A DNA stretch of 64,000 nt from a virus: IMG/VR virus record IMGVR_UViG_3300036766_002288, positions 64,001 through 128,000 of that record, one strand, 5' to 3'. Below, one piece after another: positions 46,084 through 55,868 of this stretch. Position 1 is the stretch's first letter; every line of letters starts with the position of its first letter. Made by a program: the position numbers and the translations under genes. Below the pieces are notes generated by a model. The model saw nothing but the letters and a program-made list of their open reading frames with translations, did not search any database and was not told where the DNA came from.

Positions 46084-47154
46084 ATGAAGTTTAAAGAATT
46101 AAATATAGAAGAGTTCAAGACATATTACGTTGCCAATCAAAGCAAAGAGGTTGCTATCAAGTATGGGATTGCTCCTTCTACAGTAGCGGGGTGGGCAAGA
46201 AAATTAGACTTGCCAAGAAAATCCTTTACTTATCTAAATGAAAATATTAAATTTACCGACCGCCAATTAGATGTATTGACTGGTTCGTTATTAGGCGATG
46301 GTTCGCTTAATAAAATTAAACCTAACACTAATTGTCAATCACATTATGAAGAGGGACACAGCGAAGATCAATTAGGTTGGCTGACTTGGAAACATGATAT
46401 GTTATCACCTTTATCTAATGACATATTTTATAAAAAACGTAAAGGTTTAATAAATTTACCGAATGGCAAAATATTATCTGATCCTAAGAGAAGCCATAAT
46501 AGCTATGGCTTCAACACAATTAAACACCCGACTCTAACAGAGATGGAAAGGCGGTGGTATAAGAGAAATGAAAATGGTAAGTATGTTTACAAAATATCCA
46601 AAAGTAAAAAATATAGAATAAAAATAGTGCCAGAAATTGAGCTAACACCATTTATTTTGTCTGTATGGTATATTGATGATGGCTCAAAAGATGTTAGGAC
46701 TAAAAGATGTAAACTATCAACGCAGGGATTTACTAAAACAGCAGTGGAATCACTAGTGACTAAAATAAAAAAATTAGGAATTCATGATTGCTATATTGGA
46801 AAACATACTGGATATGTGATATACATTGGAACTTACTCATATTTTGATTTCATAAACATGGTCAAGAACCAATTGCCAGACTTACCACAAGATGTTCAAT
46901 ACAAAATTGATTTATCTGGATACAATCCAGCTACCAAGTGGAGCGATAACAAAACAGGCATACCTTTTTTCAGACTTGAAAAAGGAAAATATTGTGGAAC
47001 GGTTATGATAAATTATAAATCAATTTATCTAGGGTCTTATGATTTTAAAACAGCACAAAAGGTTTCAAAAGAAGTAGAATACTTAGTTAGGCATAAATGT
47101 AAAGAACCAGATAAGTATATCGAAATTAAAAACAAATATACCAACTCACGTTGA
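46084..47154 (+). CDS. LAGLIDADG homing endonuclease with C-terminal AP2-like domain
   Basis: LTGSLLGDGSL and LSVWYIDDGS; LSTQGFT; IYLGSY. Confidence 0.85.
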   Translation: MKFKELNIEEFKTYYVANQSKEVAIKYGIAPSTVAGWARKLDLPRKSFTYLNENIKFTDRQLDVLTGSLLGDGSLNKIKPNTNCQSHYEEGHSEDQLGWLTWKHDMLSPLSNDIFYKKRKGLINLPNGKILSDPKRSHNSYGFNTIKHPTLTEMERRWYKRNENGKYVYKISKSKKYRIKIVPEIELTPFILSVWYIDDGSKDVRTKRCKLSTQGFTKTAVESLVTKIKKLGIHDCYIGKHTGYVIYIGTYSYFDFINMVKNQLPDLPQDVQYKIDLSGYNPATKWSDNKTGIPFFRLEKGKYCGTVMINYKSIYLGSYDFKTAQKVSKEVEYLVRHKCKEPDKYIEIKNKYTNSR

Positions 47155-48039
47155 TAGGAAATCCATCAATACTCGTTCCACGTCTTTTTCCCAATATGGA
47201 ATGATTAACAATTTTTTGTTATTAGTTTTACACCAATCAACTTTGATTTTATCTTTACTTTGTTGTTTAACGAAATTACTTCCACCATCATGCTTACCCC
47301 ATTTTACTGGCTTATAATGTTGTTGACCTTGAAATTCAATTAGAAATTCTTCATCATTAACAATAACGCTAAAATCAAATGGTAATGGAAGTATATTGCG
47401 GCATTCTGAGAATCTCCGCTCTTTTGTAAAAATAATACCTTTTCTTTTTAAGATTGATTCTATTAGAGATTCACCATAAGAAGCTCCAACACAACCGCAG
47501 GATTTGGTCCACCCAAATTTCAATTTAGCGGCAACAACTTCAGTTGAGTTTCCGCAATCACACTGACACAGCCAAATCCATTGCGATTTATTTTTTCGTA
47601 ATGGTTTTATCGCAATCAAAAGACCAAATCTTTGTCCTGAAATTTTTAGTCTTAACCGTGTGGACATTCTATCCTTGTGGTAGCAACTACACGATTGCGT
47701 CTTGCCAGATTTTAGCTGTGGTCCTTTGACGAATACGATATTGCCACAATCGCATTGACACTCCCATAGTTGTTGATTCCAACGATCAACTCCAGCTGAT
47801 GAAATCACCATCAGCCTGCCGTATCTATTACCGACCAAATAATCCCTTTCACGTTTACTTACACATTCGCTCTTATAGCAACCACACGAAGTAGTGTCAC
47901 CCCTACGAAGCATACTTCCAAGTGCTTTATGAATGTTTCCACAATCACATTGACACTCCCATAACCTATTACCGATATACTTAATTACAACCAATCTCCC
48001 AAATCTCTTACCAGTCATTTCTGTTCGTTTTCTACCCAT
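47146..48039 (-). CDS. Endonuclease with three GxRFGRL..WxCxCDCG..SCGC repeats and C-terminal PD-(D/E)xK domain
   Basis: Three Cys repeats; LPFDF..LIEFQGQQHY. Confidence 0.8.
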   Translation of the reverse strand: MGRKRTEMTGKRFGRLVVIKYIGNRLWECQCDCGNIHKALGSMLRRGDTTSCGCYKSECVSKRERDYLVGNRYGRLMVISSAGVDRWNQQLWECQCDCGNIVFVKGPQLKSGKTQSCSCYHKDRMSTRLRLKISGQRFGLLIAIKPLRKNKSQWIWLCQCDCGNSTEVVAAKLKFGWTKSCGCVGASYGESLIESILKRKGIIFTKERRFSECRNILPLPFDFSVIVNDEEFLIEFQGQQHYKPVKWGKHDGGSNFVKQQSKDKIKVDWCKTNNKKLLIIPYWEKDVERVLMDFLST

Positions 48040-48042
48040 TTT

Positions 48043-48792
48043 TTACTCAGTGACAAAAGCCTCATCTTTTAAAACAAATATATATTCCGTATAACCCAAC
48101 AGATATTGAAGTCCAATACATGTTAGGCATAGTAAAGATTGTTTGTAAACGTTTTCAATATATTTTTTATGGCAACCATAATCTCTAAATCCTTCTATAG
48201 GACGTTCATGTCCTTCTGGGACAATTCCACCTATACCATAATCTACCAAATTAGTATATTTCTTTTTTTGTTTACTAAATTCAATCTCGTTTGTACAAAT
48301 TCTTATCAAATCCGTATGTTCAAAATCAAGTAAACCACCAATAATAATACAAGCAGATGTTGGACATCGTTCTGAAATTGTTATACCTTCATCTGGCATA
48401 ACAATTTTCCCATAAATGAAATCAGAACTTTTGATACAAAAAGCAAGGGGTCTGCGATTGTTACAAATAGTTGAATCATGTGATGGTGCAAATACAATTT
48501 TATTTTTTTCAATCAACTCAGCAATAGGTCCAGTAAATTCAATTTGAAAAATTGCATTACTGTCATTAACTCCGTTAATTGCTCGTATTGCTTCATTCAG
48601 ATCACATTGCTTAAGATTATATTCAATAAACCTATTTTGTTTGACAAATTCATCAAGCAACTTGTCACTATATCTTCTGTGATTACCCAAATGACTATCT
48701 GGCTTAAGTTTCCCACACCTATCCCAATTCCGTAAAGTGCTTTCACTGACCTTAAGCATTTCCGCGACCTCTGAAATTGTAAAATTTAACAT
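48043..48792 (-). CDS. MerR-type HTH protein
   Basis: TISEVAEMLKVSESTLRNWDRCGKL....GNHRRY. Confidence 0.7.
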   Translation of the reverse strand: MLNFTISEVAEMLKVSESTLRNWDRCGKLKPDSHLGNHRRYSDKLLDEFVKQNRFIEYNLKQCDLNEAIRAINGVNDSNAIFQIEFTGPIAELIEKNKIVFAPSHDSTICNNRRPLAFCIKSSDFIYGKIVMPDEGITISERCPTSACIIIGGLLDFEHTDLIRICTNEIEFSKQKKKYTNLVDYGIGGIVPEGHERPIEGFRDYGCHKKYIENVYKQSLLCLTCIGLQYLLGYTEYIFVLKDEAFVTE

Positions 48793-48875
48793 AAATCTCC
48801 TTTTGGTTACACTTATATAGTGTGTTGCCAGCAGAATTGCGGGATAAATTTTGTTAATTCTACAAAATATATTCA

Positions 48876-49169
48876 TTATTCTGGTGGGTATTTCCCAATA
48901 GGTCCACTTTTTAATTCTGTTGCGTCCATAGAACGATATTTGCCACCTGCCAGTCCAGAAACAAATATAGCAGTTTCTTTCCTATCAAGAAATCGCCCCT
49001 TGTTAGTTAGAAAACCACTGATCCACTCTTTACCATATTCACTATCTGGAATTACACTAGAAAGATGAACAGGCCCAGATGGATAAATCTTCCCGTCAAT
49101 ACTAAAGGCCGCTTGAACAATTTTCTCAATATCGGCACTTTCTATCCATTGTTTAAATCTGATTATCAT
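48876..49169 (-). CDS. Small protein with capsid-targeting-like N-terminus
   Basis: MIIRFKQWIES; GFLTNKGRFLDR.E motif. Confidence 0.6.
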   Translation of the reverse strand: MIIRFKQWIESADIEKIVQAAFSIDGKIYPSGPVHLSSVIPDSEYGKEWISGFLTNKGRFLDRKETAIFVSGLAGGKYRSMDATELKSGPIGKYPPE

Positions 49170-49171
49170 AT

Positions 49172-49561
49172 TTACACCACACTACCAGGCCCCTGTATAC
49201 CTTGTGCTTGTTGTCTTTGCATATTGTTCATAGGATGTGGAACCTGGCCTTGACCAGGCGGTAATTGAGCAGGAGTGCTATCACTCGTATCTTGTTGGTC
49301 AAAATCCCCAAAATTTATCTGATTAATAAGGTTTGTTAAACTGTCTTGCTTGTGCGACATTGCCCAACTTGTCAATTCTTGCTTCTTCTCATCGTCTATT
49401 GGAAGGCTACTAAGAGCATCTGATAACCTTTGTGGCGGGATTTCATCTATTCCTATATTTTTGTCAAGGGCCTCCTTAGTCAAACCTAGTCTTTCTAGCA
49501 ATTTAGATATAAACTCTCTTTTTTGCCTTAATTCTTCCATCCATACCATAAACGTCTTCAT
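49172..49561 (-). CDS. Small protein with capsid-targeting-like N-terminus
   Basis: MKTFMVWMEE; TATATA 5 nt upstream. Confidence 0.6.
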   Translation of the reverse strand: MKTFMVWMEELRQKREFISKLLERLGLTKEALDKNIGIDEIPPQRLSDALSSLPIDDEKKQELTSWAMSHKQDSLTNLINQINFGDFDQQDTSDSTPAQLPPGQGQVPHPMNNMQRQQAQGIQGPGSVV

Positions 49562-49579
49562 GTTAATATATACTTAGTA

Positions 49580-50371
49580 ATGCAATATAAATTTAAAAAT
49601 TGGCTAGAGTATGCGGACTTCGGCTTAGACGTAACTAAAACCCCAAAAGAGAAATCCCCTGTCGAGCAGTATGATACGCCTATTGATAAATTAAATGTCA
49701 ATTACATCATAAACTCTTTAAAAAACCATAAATTCGGTGAAAAGTCCGCAAAATTAAACGACTTTTTTGGAGAACAGCAATGGGGTGATACTGATGGTGC
49801 TTTGCAGGTAGCATTTAGTCCATTTGGCGGCATGAGAGCCACATTAAGAAAACTTATTCACGACCAAGAAGGGCATCCGACTTGGATTTGCAAGAAAGTA
49901 ATAGAGGTTAGACACCTTTTTGATGAGCATCCAGATAGTCTAAGTTTCCTATTACAAGATAATTTAAACGAAATGGATCATCAAGGAATCGACGCAACTT
50001 CAAACGATTACAAAGGACTTGAGAGATTGGTTTTGAACTTAGCAAGTGTCCTTCGTAGAAAAACCACACAGAAAATATTCATCTACGAAGGGATTCGTAT
50101 ATTGAAAGAAAACGAACAATACTTGATTCATTTTGGCTGCACAGGGTATGGTAGACAACGACCAGGCCAAAAAAGATTGGATCAGTTTGCAATACATTGC
50201 ACTTACCACCCAAAGACTGGAACTATTTTAATTACTGGAACTGAATTAGGTGATAAATTGGATCAGTATCGTTGGATTTATGATCCTTCTACTTTTATGG
50301 AATATTTTGTGCCGACTCAACATGAAGATGAAATTACAAAGGCAGTCCTTGCAATGTTAAATTCTTATTGA
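49580..50371 (+). CDS. Hypothetical protein with capsid-targeting-like N-terminus
   Basis: MQYKFKNWLEY; shares the divergent TATATA element. Confidence 0.65.
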   Translation: MQYKFKNWLEYADFGLDVTKTPKEKSPVEQYDTPIDKLNVNYIINSLKNHKFGEKSAKLNDFFGEQQWGDTDGALQVAFSPFGGMRATLRKLIHDQEGHPTWICKKVIEVRHLFDEHPDSLSFLLQDNLNEMDHQGIDATSNDYKGLERLVLNLASVLRRKTTQKIFIYEGIRILKENEQYLIHFGCTGYGRQRPGQKRLDQFAIHCTYHPKTGTILITGTELGDKLDQYRWIYDPSTFMEYFVPTQHEDEITKAVLAMLNSY

Positions 50372-50384
50372 TATACTGAGAGGT

Positions 50385-51260
50385 ATGATAATGAATTTTC
50401 TATCTATTGATGATTTGTCCAATATAAACATTACCAATATATTTGAACTTGCCACAAATGCGTCAAGGTGCCCGCCGACTAGACTTAATAATAAAATAAT
50501 TGCGACTGCTTTTTTTGAACCTTCAACAAGAACCAAACTATCCTTCCATTCTGCAATCCTGCGCATGGGTGGCACGTATATTGACCTGCCAGACAATTCT
50601 TCTTTGAAAAAAGGAGAAAGTGAAGAAGACACAGTGAGAACTTTGTCTCAATATGCCGACTGCATCATCATTCGTCATCCGAAAGACGTTAGAAATTTAG
50701 CACATTATTCTAACGTCCCTGTCATTAATGCTGGAGATGGTAGTAATGAACATCCAACACAGGCTTTATTGGACATGTTCACAATAATAGAAAATGTCCA
50801 ATGGCCAAATTTAAAAATAATGTTCACAGGAGACTTGTATCATAGTAGGACTATTAATTCTTTAGTAAGAGCTTTAGATAAGTATATTACGCACGCAAAC
50901 TGTGCCCCAGGAAATGTCGAATTTATATTCACTAACGATATAAACTCTGAATTAAAAAGATATCCACATACAATGATAGATGAAAAAGATATACCATATT
51001 GTATTGATACAGTGGACGTTCTTTATATGACTCGTCCACAAATAGAAAGACATAACCCCTTAGACAAGGCTACACATAGCGATTTTGTATTGACAAATGA
51101 GTTGGCTAACAAAATGAAAAAGGATGCAGTTATTATGCATCCCCTTCCACGTACAAAAGAGTTATTGCCAGAAGTTGACAGCAATCCCCGTGCTAAATAT
51201 TTCGACCAAGTAAAGAATGGAGTTTATATCAGGATGGCACTTCTTTACTGGTTACTTTAA
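50385..51260 (+). CDS. pyrB: Aspartate carbamoyltransferase catalytic subunit
   Basis: FFEPSTRT..SF, KKGES.EDT, RH, INAGDGSNEHPTQALLD, GDL.HSRT, MHPLPR. Confidence 0.95.
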   Translation: MIMNFLSIDDLSNINITNIFELATNASRCPPTRLNNKIIATAFFEPSTRTKLSFHSAILRMGGTYIDLPDNSSLKKGESEEDTVRTLSQYADCIIIRHPKDVRNLAHYSNVPVINAGDGSNEHPTQALLDMFTIIENVQWPNLKIMFTGDLYHSRTINSLVRALDKYITHANCAPGNVEFIFTNDINSELKRYPHTMIDEKDIPYCIDTVDVLYMTRPQIERHNPLDKATHSDFVLTNELANKMKKDAVIMHPLPRTKELLPEVDSNPRAKYFDQVKNGVYIRMALLYWLL

Positions 51261-52942
51261 CGCCCGTGACAAATCGGCAATCTACGACCAATTCCAAATG
51301 CAATAGGCGTGATCTTAATGCCAGGAGCGGCCTGTCTACGCTTAAACTCATTGATGTTGATTAAACGAATCATTCGCTTATATTTTTCTTCAGCATCCTT
51401 GCTATCAATCCAATCTTGTATAGGAATGTGGCGACTATTGTTGTAATACTCTCTGAAAGCTTTAAAATCCCCAATAAATTCTTCAACATAAGCTTCCACA
51501 ATCGCATCCAAAATTGGATAGGGTAACAGACTAGCTTCGTCAGTTTGCCCTGGAGCAAGTTCAGCAGATGGGGCTTTAGTTAAGATATTCTCAGGAATGT
51601 AGTATTTACGTGTTCTGCCCGATCTTCCATCTTGATTATAAAAATGTGCCATGTCATAAACCTGCATTTTATACAGGTCATTAATCGGACAGAAGCCACC
51701 ATTCATATCGCCATACAAAGTGCAGTAACCAAGTGCTAATTCAGTCTTATTACCAGTTGATAACAACAAAGCATCGAATGCATTGGAATAATACATAAGA
51801 ATCATACCGCGAAGGCGGGCTTGAATGTTTTCATCTGCAATTGGCTTAGGGTCTATTCCCATCTTTAAATTAGCCAATATATGACCAATGAAAGGATTAT
51901 GAGCAATAGGAATAATATGATCGTGACAACCTAAATTATTATGTAATAGTTCAGCATCATTCTTAGAATGTTCACTACTAATTGTAGTAGGCATACGAAT
52001 GCCGTGAACATTTTCAGGGCCAATAGCATCACAGGCTAACGATAAGACTAATGCACTATCAATACCACCACTAGACCCGACAACAACTTGTTTAAAACCA
52101 CTTTTAGTGATATAATCCTTTAGCCCTAGCTTAATCATATCATAAGGTTCATCTCGTAAAATAGAACCCCATTGATCTGCTCTATTGGCATCGTCATAAA
52201 ACTGATATGGTTCCATTCCAGCTACAGCCTTTACTAAACCTTTTTCTACAATAAAACTATTGCCATCAAACACTAATTCGTCCTGTCCACCAAGCTGATT
52301 ACAATAGATTATAGTGCCAATTTTGTCTGTGCTTTGCTTGACCATTTCGATACGCTTCTTGGGCTTGCCCCGAACGAAAGGAGAGCTATTAATACTAATA
52401 ATGTTATAAATACCCCTAGTCCGATATGCTTCTAATGGATTGAATTGGTAATTATAATCATCGCTACCTTTGTCATTCCATAAATCTTCGCAGATACAAA
52501 TACCCCATTTCTGCCCACAAATTTCAACTACAGTTAATTCTGTGCCAGGTGCAAAATATCTTCCTTCATCAAAAACGTCGTAGAATGGCAAAAGGTGTTT
52601 TTGATAAGTGGCGATTAAGCGAGGCCCTTTAAATACCGCCGCCATGTTACGGAACGGTTTACCACAACCACTATAGTTGCGGTCGATATAACCAATTACA
52701 ATATGTGGTTCATAACCAGCAGGAAGATATGAAGGAAGGGCCTGTAAACAATCTAAATTTTTTCCTATAAAATCTTTGCGAAACATCATATCTTTACAAA
52801 GATAACCAGGAATAGCTAACTCTGGGAATACAATTAAGTCAGCGTTATTTCTCCTACCTTCAGCTATGCCAACTACAATTTGTTCATAATTCCTTACGAA
52901 ATCATTAGGTATTGTATTGATTTGACAGATAAGGGTTTTCAT
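51257..52942 (-). CDS. nadE: Glutamine-dependent NAD+ synthetase
   Basis: Nitrilase domain (FPEL, K..LP.Y.VFDE.RYF, ICEDLW) + SSGGIDSAL, NIQARLRG, TGNKTELALGYCTLYGD, KAPSAEL, EFKRRQ. Confidence 0.95.
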   Translation of the reverse strand: MKTLICQINTIPNDFVRNYEQIVVGIAEGRRNNADLIVFPELAIPGYLCKDMMFRKDFIGKNLDCLQALPSYLPAGYEPHIVIGYIDRNYSGCGKPFRNMAAVFKGPRLIATYQKHLLPFYDVFDEGRYFAPGTELTVVEICGQKWGICICEDLWNDKGSDDYNYQFNPLEAYRTRGIYNIISINSSPFVRGKPKKRIEMVKQSTDKIGTIIYCNQLGGQDELVFDGNSFIVEKGLVKAVAGMEPYQFYDDANRADQWGSILRDEPYDMIKLGLKDYITKSGFKQVVVGSSGGIDSALVLSLACDAIGPENVHGIRMPTTISSEHSKNDAELLHNNLGCHDHIIPIAHNPFIGHILANLKMGIDPKPIADENIQARLRGMILMYYSNAFDALLLSTGNKTELALGYCTLYGDMNGGFCPINDLYKMQVYDMAHFYNQDGRSGRTRKYYIPENILTKAPSAELAPGQTDEASLLPYPILDAIVEAYVEEFIGDFKAFREYYNNSRHIPIQDWIDSKDAEEKYKRMIRLININEFKRRQAAPGIKITPIAFGIGRRLPICHGR

Positions 52943-53369
52943 TTTAACTCCAATCAATGTTCATATTCGCCTAACGCACTTAAGAATATGTCATTATCCA
53001 AAGCTTTACGAAAAATATCTTCTACGGTTTTGATACTCATGCCTAGTGTTTCTAAAAAGAACACTCTTTCCTCGTTGTTCATTTCGCGTGTAGTCTCACG
53101 AAGACGTTTATTATATTCTAGAACTTCATCAAGGATTTCATTACGTCGTTCGATTCTTAACATCACTATGTTTCCAATTTTGGTAAAATTTAAGACAGGT
53201 TGGCTCTAAAATGGGTGTTAATGGTTTGGCAGGTTCATCAAACATCGGTACTTCACATTTTTTAGCGATACCCGAAGCAACCAGCCAATCTAATAGTTCT
53301 TTCCAGTCAGCTTCAGCTTCGATAGTAAATGTATTAGGAACGTAAGCCATTAAAACTCCTTTGCCATAA

Positions 53370-54002
53370 TTACCCCATATAACCTGCTGAATGTTTTGGG
53401 TCTGGCAGATTTTGTTGAAGGATTCGGCGTAATTCAAAACTTGGATATTTCCCTTGAACTACTTTTATAATTTCTCCGTCCTCAACTTCTACTACTGTCT
53501 TTTTATCGCAAACAAACGTGGCAATGCCAGCACACATTCGATCCCCGCCATCCCCTGTATGTGCGGCATCTAGCCATTTGACACCTTCCCAAATAGTTTT
53601 ATATTTCAATTGCCATTCATATAAGTTGTCTTCTTTTGCCTTCCACGTTTCAATTGTGAATTCAGTTGGCTGATTTTTATGGTTGTGTTCCTTGAGAGTC
53701 TTAGAATCAACGGTTCCAGCAACCCATTGAAGTAAATCGCAACATTGACCAAGACTGCCCTCTAATACATTATGATAGGGCACATCTTCAAGTGACCTAA
53801 ACATCATAGGGTCAACAACTTTATAACCTTCATAAATATTAGCATTAAGAATTACATTCACACCTACACTAGAATCTTCTGGACCACCTGATAGTCCACT
53901 CAATTTACCTGCCAGACCAGTTACAAAACTATAATGATTGACAAAAGCTCGCAGAAGATGAACTTCTGTTTTATGGTTTGGATTTACCCTATTTGATCTC
54001 AT
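53370..54002 (-). CDS. Hypothetical protein
   Basis: 210-aa ORF in operon order. Confidence 0.55.
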   Translation of the reverse strand: MRSNRVNPNHKTEVHLLRAFVNHYSFVTGLAGKLSGLSGGPEDSSVGVNVILNANIYEGYKVVDPMMFRSLEDVPYHNVLEGSLGQCCDLLQWVAGTVDSKTLKEHNHKNQPTEFTIETWKAKEDNLYEWQLKYKTIWEGVKWLDAAHTGDGGDRMCAGIATFVCDKKTVVEVEDGEIIKVVQGKYPSFELRRILQQNLPDPKHSAGYMG

Positions 54003-54003
54003 G

Positions 54004-54732
54004 TTATAATTCCCGTAAAAATAAATCTCTGAAACAGTTTTCCACCTCTACAGTTATATTAGCACAAAAATGTGAAATGTCAATTTCCTTCATGTCACAG
54101 TGGCGTTTTACCCACGGAGATAACGCAGCATAGAAACCAGAAACTTTACCAACAGAAATCCAGCACCCTATATCTTTTGCCATTTCTTTAAATTGCTCCT
54201 CATCTTTAATTTTAGAATCCAGGAGTTTTTTAGTTTGTTTCAACTCATTTTGGATTGTTAGAAAATCAACTTTGTCCAGACCCACTTCTTTCAGGGTCTT
54301 CACTTTTTCAATATTGTCGAATTTCTTTTTCCAAATTTTCCACCGAACCCAAGCCTTGTCTCCAATTAAGCACCAAGTAGATATCAATGGATGGGTGTTA
54401 CCAATTTCCACAGCTTTTAACATTTGAAGTTGAGCCATGACATACAATTTATAATCTTTAGGGTCGATTAATCCCCTTGTTTCCTTCTGCAATTTGTAGC
54501 AATATTTAAACAAAGTGCTATTGCGTGGATCACCCTTTTTAGGGTAACTAGTCTTAGTCTTGCAATCAGGGAAAACTTTTTGAGAAGATTCTATCCACAT
54601 GAGTCCAATTTTGTATGCAAGAGCCTGTTCGTCGGTCATACTATATTCAATGATTGGTTCAAGGTTGTAAGCTTCGTCCATAAGAGTCTCCGATGAAAAA
54701 GATTTATATTCCATCAAATCTAGATTTGCCAA
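54004..54732 (-). CDS. Hypothetical protein (replication-region)
   Basis: 242-aa ORF; overlaps the divergent gene start, so the true start is probably downstream. Confidence 0.6.
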   Translation of the reverse strand: MANLDLMEYKSFSSETLMDEAYNLEPIIEYSMTDEQALAYKIGLMWIESSQKVFPDCKTKTSYPKKGDPRNSTLFKYCYKLQKETRGLIDPKDYKLYVMAQLQMLKAVEIGNTHPLISTWCLIGDKAWVRWKIWKKKFDNIEKVKTLKEVGLDKVDFLTIQNELKQTKKLLDSKIKDEEQFKEMAKDIGCWISVGKVSGFYAALSPWVKRHCDMKEIDISHFCANITVEVENCFRDLFLREL

Positions 54733-55868
54733 AAATACTCAAAGACCAATATTCTGATACGGATTTAGACAAATTCCACTATTTTATCCATTTGATCTAT
54801 GAACAACGAATACTATACAAAAATCCAGAAGAATATATCCCACTAAAGGCAGAATATCTGAGAGCAATCATAGTAAGGGATTACAACCGTTATCGCAACA
54901 TCCTAATCGACAAAAACATTATTGACTGTGACGGCAGATATATCAAGGGACAAAAATCTTTAGGTTACAAATTATTACCACCATACTCAGAAGTTAAGCA
55001 TAAGCAAATCATCCTCAAAAATAAACTAATTCTAAAAAACATTGAAAAATGGAAGGCTAAAAGACTTCCTAAAACCAAAGTGCATCAACACTTATATAAA
55101 TTCTTGGATAAGTTAATGATTGATAGTGATGGGGCTTTAGAATCTATTAAGGATTTAAATGTAGTTGAGTATAATTTTTGTGAGTTAGCTATAAACAAGC
55201 TATTGGATAAAGATTTTTTCCTTATTTCTGATGATTACGGTAGAGTTCATACAAATATTACTAGTTTAAAATCATCTCTTAGAAAATTTATCACTTATGA
55301 AGGTAAAGAACTTTACAACGTTGATATTGTCAATTCTCAACCTCTTATTTTGCTTTTAATTCCCTTCCTCTCTAATACCATACGCTGTACATTTTCAGAC
55401 TTTCTTGAAACAGACAAATTAGACATTTTCAAATACAAGGAATTGGTGGAGAAGGGAGAATTATACGAATATTTGATGAACAATTCCAATTTTGATGATT
55501 ATTTGATAGAACAGAACAAAGAATATGACAGAGAGCCGTTTAAAGAGACCTTTTTCAGGGAAGTTTTCTTTGGAAAGAAGGTTAGTGGCTATTTCTGGGA
55601 TTTATTCCCATCTGTGGCAAATATTATAGCTCAAGTCAAAAAAGATGATTACAGAAGTTTGGCTTGGATGATGCAAAGAGCAGAATCAGATTTGATAATA
55701 AACAAGATATGCGGTAGAATCATGGAAGAATATCCAAAATGTTTCATTTCGACAATCCATGACTCCATTCTGACTACCGCAGAGCATGTGGATAAGATAA
55801 AAAGCATTATGTTGGAAGAATTTAAGAAACTAGGGCTATTGCCTTCGATTAGAATAGAACCTGCATGA
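54693..55868 (+). CDS. Family A polymerase-fold protein (minimal)
   Basis: YGRVHT, motif A-like VDIVNSQP, motif B-like REPFK..F..VFFG, Q.AES, motif C-like TIHDSI. Confidence 0.65.
   Translation: MKKIYIPSNLDLPKILKDQYSDTDLDKFHYFIHLIYEQRILYKNPEEYIPLKAEYLRAIIVRDYNRYRNILIDKNIIDCDGRYIKGQKSLGYKLLPPYSEVKHKQIILKNKLILKNIEKWKAKRLPKTKVHQHLYKFLDKLMIDSDGALESIKDLNVVEYNFCELAINKLLDKDFFLISDDYGRVHTNITSLKSSLRKFITYEGKELYNVDIVNSQPLILLLIPFLSNTIRCTFSDFLETDKLDIFKYKELVEKGELYEYLMNNSNFDDYLIEQNKEYDREPFKETFFREVFFGKKVSGYFWDLFPSVANIIAQVKKDDYRSLAWMMQRAESDLIINKICGRIMEEYPKCFISTIHDSILTTAEHVDKIKSIMLEEFKKLGLLPSIRIEPA

Noticed and set aside
48043-48792. IS607 transposon
   Set aside because: Only the HTH matches; no recombinase catalytic domain, TnpB or element ends.
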